NCBI GenBank assembly: GCA_000708835.1
Contig: DF236962.1
Coordinates: 372,001-436,000, forward strand
From: Klebsormidium nitens
Lineage: Eukaryota > Plantae > Klebsormidiophyceae
DNA: 64,000 nt
Reading direction: 5' to 3'
Every line of letters begins with the position of its first letter. The stretch's first letter is position 1. Shown in pieces: positions 60,359 to 64,000 of the stretch. Made by a program: the position numbers and the translations under genes. A model generated the notes under the pieces. That model worked only from the letters and a program-made list of their open reading frames with translations, was not told the origin of the DNA and ran no database searches.

Positions 60359-63300
60359 TCAACTGGCGCTGGCCCCCTCCTCCGGAGCAAACAGCTCCGC
60401 GTACGACGTCAGCAGCATGCCCATGTACTCCAGGATGACGTCATCCTTCGTCAGCTGCTCGACCAGCGCGAGGGACCGGACGGCCATGTCCCGGAGCTCC
60501 TCCTGGCGACCCTCCGCGCCTTGGAGCACGGTCAGAAGGTCGCCCAGATCTTCCGCGTAACGCACGTAATGCGTACCCGCCTCGAAGAAGAAGTCGGAGA
60601 ACTCGCGGTAGTGGGTCGACTGTATGGAAAAGGGCAGCCGATTAGTTGGGGGGTTTATTCAACGGCCAACAACTGGAGACGGGAAATACGACCCGGAATC
60701 GACAACGATGGACGAATCTGGGGAAGGATTTCGGATCATGCTCCGGAGATGCTATGAGGTTATGGATCCGGCACAAGACCGGCGACTGATCCCGAGGATT
60801 TTGAGTTTCTGGACATAAACAGTGACTTTGACTGCCCGCAAGTGAAGTACTCAATTCGGAAAGAACCGCCATGGGAAGAGCCACTTGTTTTCTTTTAGGG
60901 ATTTCCATCTTCTGGGACGAGCAAGGGTGTCGCAACGGAATCCAAAACGAAGTTGACCGCTTGCAATCGGGAAAGAATCAGGAGGGTATAATGCACGCGC
61001 GCACCTGCTTGAAGATTGTGGCCCCCGACGCGAGCAGCTGAAAGAAGCGCGAGCTCCACGACTCGCCGTCGATGTCCACCAGATACTTGCGCTCCATGTA
61101 GTCCGTGAAGTTAGCCAGCCGGTCAGCGTAACCCAGCTCCTGGTTAAGAAGTACAAGGAGGTTGAGAAAACTCAGTAACGGGACGCGGTTGGGGAACTGG
61201 TTTGCTTTGCCGGTCAGCGTAACCCAGCTCCTATTTGAGCAAAACCCGCGGGAGACGGTTGTGAGTAGTCTGGCGAAGTCGGCTGGCAAGGTACCGCTCG
61301 CAACGTTCATTGGTTAAACCCTCCTCATTTGGTGAGCTTTTTTTCGTTTTGTTGGATTTCTTTCCCGTATGCAGCCGGTGAGAGGGCGAGGGTTGGTCTG
61401 CGTAAGACAAGTCCTGGTTTTGCTCCGGAAGCAAGAGCGGATCATAACCCGGCCTTGTTCGTTCTAGCGCGGAAACTTTCGTAAGGCTTTGACTGTCATC
61501 CACAACGGGCTTTTGAAGGACAGATGGTGAGAGTCGTGACTGAAAGAATTTGCCGCTCTCGCATCGTGCTTTGCCTTCAGCGGTCCAAGAGAAAGGACAA
61601 AACGACGGCGTCAACGCTTCGCTTCGACTTGAGGATCTCAGAAAAGTTGAAGGGTAGGATTCGAACTGCGAAGGTTATTCAAAGACGAAGTGGACAGATC
61701 GCAGATTATATCAGGACAGACAGCACAGAAAGGCTAAGGCTTCGGCAGCTGTCCTGTTTGCGGGGCACCGAACAAAGGCGGACATTCCGCAGATTTGAGA
61801 TGAATCGGCTGGGGGGACAAGCCTCTATGCTGTTCGTTACCGTCGATAATATCATTGTATAACATGCTCCAGGTTGCTCCTAAAGAGTTCCTTAGCGGTG
61901 GTCCAACTCGCGGGCCTGGTCTCAAAAGCTGATAGCTGAAGCTCGAGATTGTACTCTTCGACTGGCTTCACCGGTAAGATTCGGACGGCTGTAGCAGAAG
62001 TTTGCCCGTTGCCGGTGGCCGGTGGTTCTGAGTCGCAATGCATATTTTAGATAGAAAATCAAGCGATCAACCCCACATTTACCCCAGCCGATTGCTACTG
62101 GATTCCGGACATGCTACACCCAATACTAACTCCTCCTTCTAGAGACTTCCAACGTGGTAAACAATCTAGTTCCAAGGAGCAGATTTGGCCACCGTTCGAG
62201 CAAGAACAGAAAGCGCCTTGCTTGTTGCATTGCGAGATCAGGGAGCGCTTCACTTGTCTTTAAGGCGCAATTTTGACCACCCAATAAGCAAGAAAAGGGA
62301 GAGCTCACCTTGCCGATCGCTTCTCTCGCGGCCTGGGTACACTGCCCGTCGGCGCACTTTGTGAACATGGCGTCGAGAAGTTCGGGGTTGGCCTTGGACA
62401 GCATCACCAGCTGGCTGCGCGCCTTCTCCTTCCAATCTTCAACCCGGTACAGACCGCCTGCGGAACAGAGAGAGCGGTTCGTACCGGCTTTTTGACAATG
62501 CGGCCTCTCTGAAAGTAAAGTGAATCGAGGGGCGATTGTAAGCTATTTGTCGGGGATAGAACTGGCACGAAGCAGAGATAGTTGTTCTAAGGTTAGGGAT
62601 TGTAAAGAGCAAAGCGTGGGCAATCTTGATAAGAACTCTCCAGCGGGTTACATTTGGTGAGCGTTTCGTTGAACGATCAAGGACAGCTCCCATGAATCGA
62701 CCGCAGTTGGTGCCGCCAGAACGTCAAGGGAGTGTATCTACTAGATTGGAGGAGGTAGTAACGATGTCGCGTCTGCCTGGAGATGGTCATAAGAAGTAGT
62801 AGTTCGTTCGTCAACAAGCAGACAGAGAAAGACAGGATATTATGTTTGGAAGAAAGGTTTGGGGTCCTGCAAACATCTCGTGCAATGTTGAGAATTGTCA
62901 AAGAGGAAGCAGAGAGAACCTTCCAATCGGCGGCGAGACAGATTAAGTGCGCTTCGCTCGCCCAAGTACAGGGAAGCAGACGCGGGCCTGACTCTGCAAC
63001 GAACACGACCCGTTGCACGACGTAGAAACGGGGGAACCAGACTGTAACCGGAGCGAGCACGGATTCCGAACCAAAAGCGTAACGACCTGCCAGTAACAAG
63101 TTAGAAACACGGTACGACCATGCAATGACGACGCAGTACAAGCTTTCCGTATCCTGAAGCGGATGCCCCGACAGCCTTGGAGGGATCCTACGATTACCGG
63201 CAATCAAGCTTTCGAGGCATGTCAGTTCGATACTCATGAGCGCCTAATTAAACGTAGACCTCGACGAAGCAAGGGACGAGCGTAACCCTTGAAGCAGATA

Positions 63301-63900
63301 TGACGAACGTACAGCTGAACTGGTCTAAGTTTTCGGCCAGAAACATCCCGGCTTCACAAGCCGTTGCTCAGTTTGAAGTCTAATCGGAAACAATGTGCGG
63401 GCGCAAATCCCCTCCAGTTGGTCACCCCTGCCACAGTGCCGATGGATTTCACTTACTCCCACTTTGTAAAGCAAAACCTTCTTCTTTCTTCTGCTCTTTT
63501 CGGAAGTCTCTCATGAGTTCTTTCTAGTGTCCTAAGACGACAGCATTTGTCAAGAGAGTCTCTTTGGGAATACCCACCGGTCGGCGACCCCCGCCACAGC
63601 GCCGATCCTCTCCTCCCCTCCCACGGGTGGTCCCGCCGTATCTTTTCCGGGTCCCACGAAAGCTTGCACTGATCGCTTTTGTACTCGTCCCGCATGAGGC
63701 ACCGGTGGTACTGAAACCCGACCCCAATCAGGTCGTAGTGCTCCGCAGTCGAGCAGTAACTGAGCACGGGGGGCAGGTCGGGGGATCGCTCCGAGCGAAG
63801 CAACCGGGGGGAGGCCTCGATGTTGACCGCTATCTCCACGTGGTCGGGAATGCGCCCCTGCTTGATCAGCAGCTTGAACATCTGGTTCACTTGGTCGGCC
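60359..63900 (-). CDS. Glycosyltransferase family 90 (CAP10/KDELC-like) protein, 3' exons 63900-63578, 62457-62309, 61139-61005, 60619-60359; 5' part lies beyond the window
   Basis: Motifs PPVLSYC..HYDL, HPWEGR..ALWRGSPTGG, RSQLVMLSK..PELLDAMFT, KYLVDIDGESWSSRF..LL.SGATIFK, HYREF..HYV..DLGDL. Frame-consistent joins. Confidence 0.85.
61118..61232 (-). repeat. 24-bp exact duplication of the GT90 acceptor AG plus exon start, 91 bp upstream in the intron
   Basis: GCCGGTCAGCGTAACCCAGCTCCT at 61118-61141 and 61209-61232. Confidence 0.85.
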
Positions 63901-64000
63901 CTGAGGAGGGATAGAGGTCGCAGTTTCTGTGTCAATCCTACATCTTTCTTGCATCAATAATCTTGGAAGGTTTGTGCACGTTGCGGGGGTGTCTCCTACA

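Noticed and set aside
1-64000. Transposase, reverse transcriptase, integrase, tRNA or rRNA signatures
   Set aside because: None recognisable by eye (no DDE, YxDD, cloverleaf or rRNA conserved blocks); highly decayed elements could have been missed.

Overview
Eukaryotic nuclear DNA with GT-AG spliceosomal introns and GC-rich exons. The intron style and gene set suggest a streptophyte green alga such as Klebsormidium (inference, not verified). Gene content left to right: a membrane protein of a largely microbial-looking family (+); three intronless F-box/LRR-like paralogs, two of them frameshifted; a 7-exon DUF819 membrane protein with a transit-peptide-like N-terminus (+); a ~10-exon hypothetical protein (+); a classical SDR oxidoreductase with an apparent frameshift (+); ribosomal protein L11 methyltransferase PrmA (-); a ~3,500-aa armadillo-repeat protein with very large disordered inserts, spanning a 441-N gap (+); and the 3' part of a GT90/CAP10-type glycosyltransferase (-). 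I found no rRNA, tRNA, CRISPR array or recognisable transposase/RT. Exon boundaries were read by eye from GT/AG sites, frame continuity and family motifs. The most unusual non-coding signals are three. (1) Five introns in four genes carry decaying tandem 'echo' copies of their own splice junction, with divergence tending to rise away from the exon. (2) An array of 18 GTAC cores (the SBP/SPL copper-response core) lies in the divergent PrmA/ARM promoter, and a second GTAC/CGTACAA cluster with a perfect palindrome lies at 4.5 kb. (3) TGACGTCA occurs at least 18 times.
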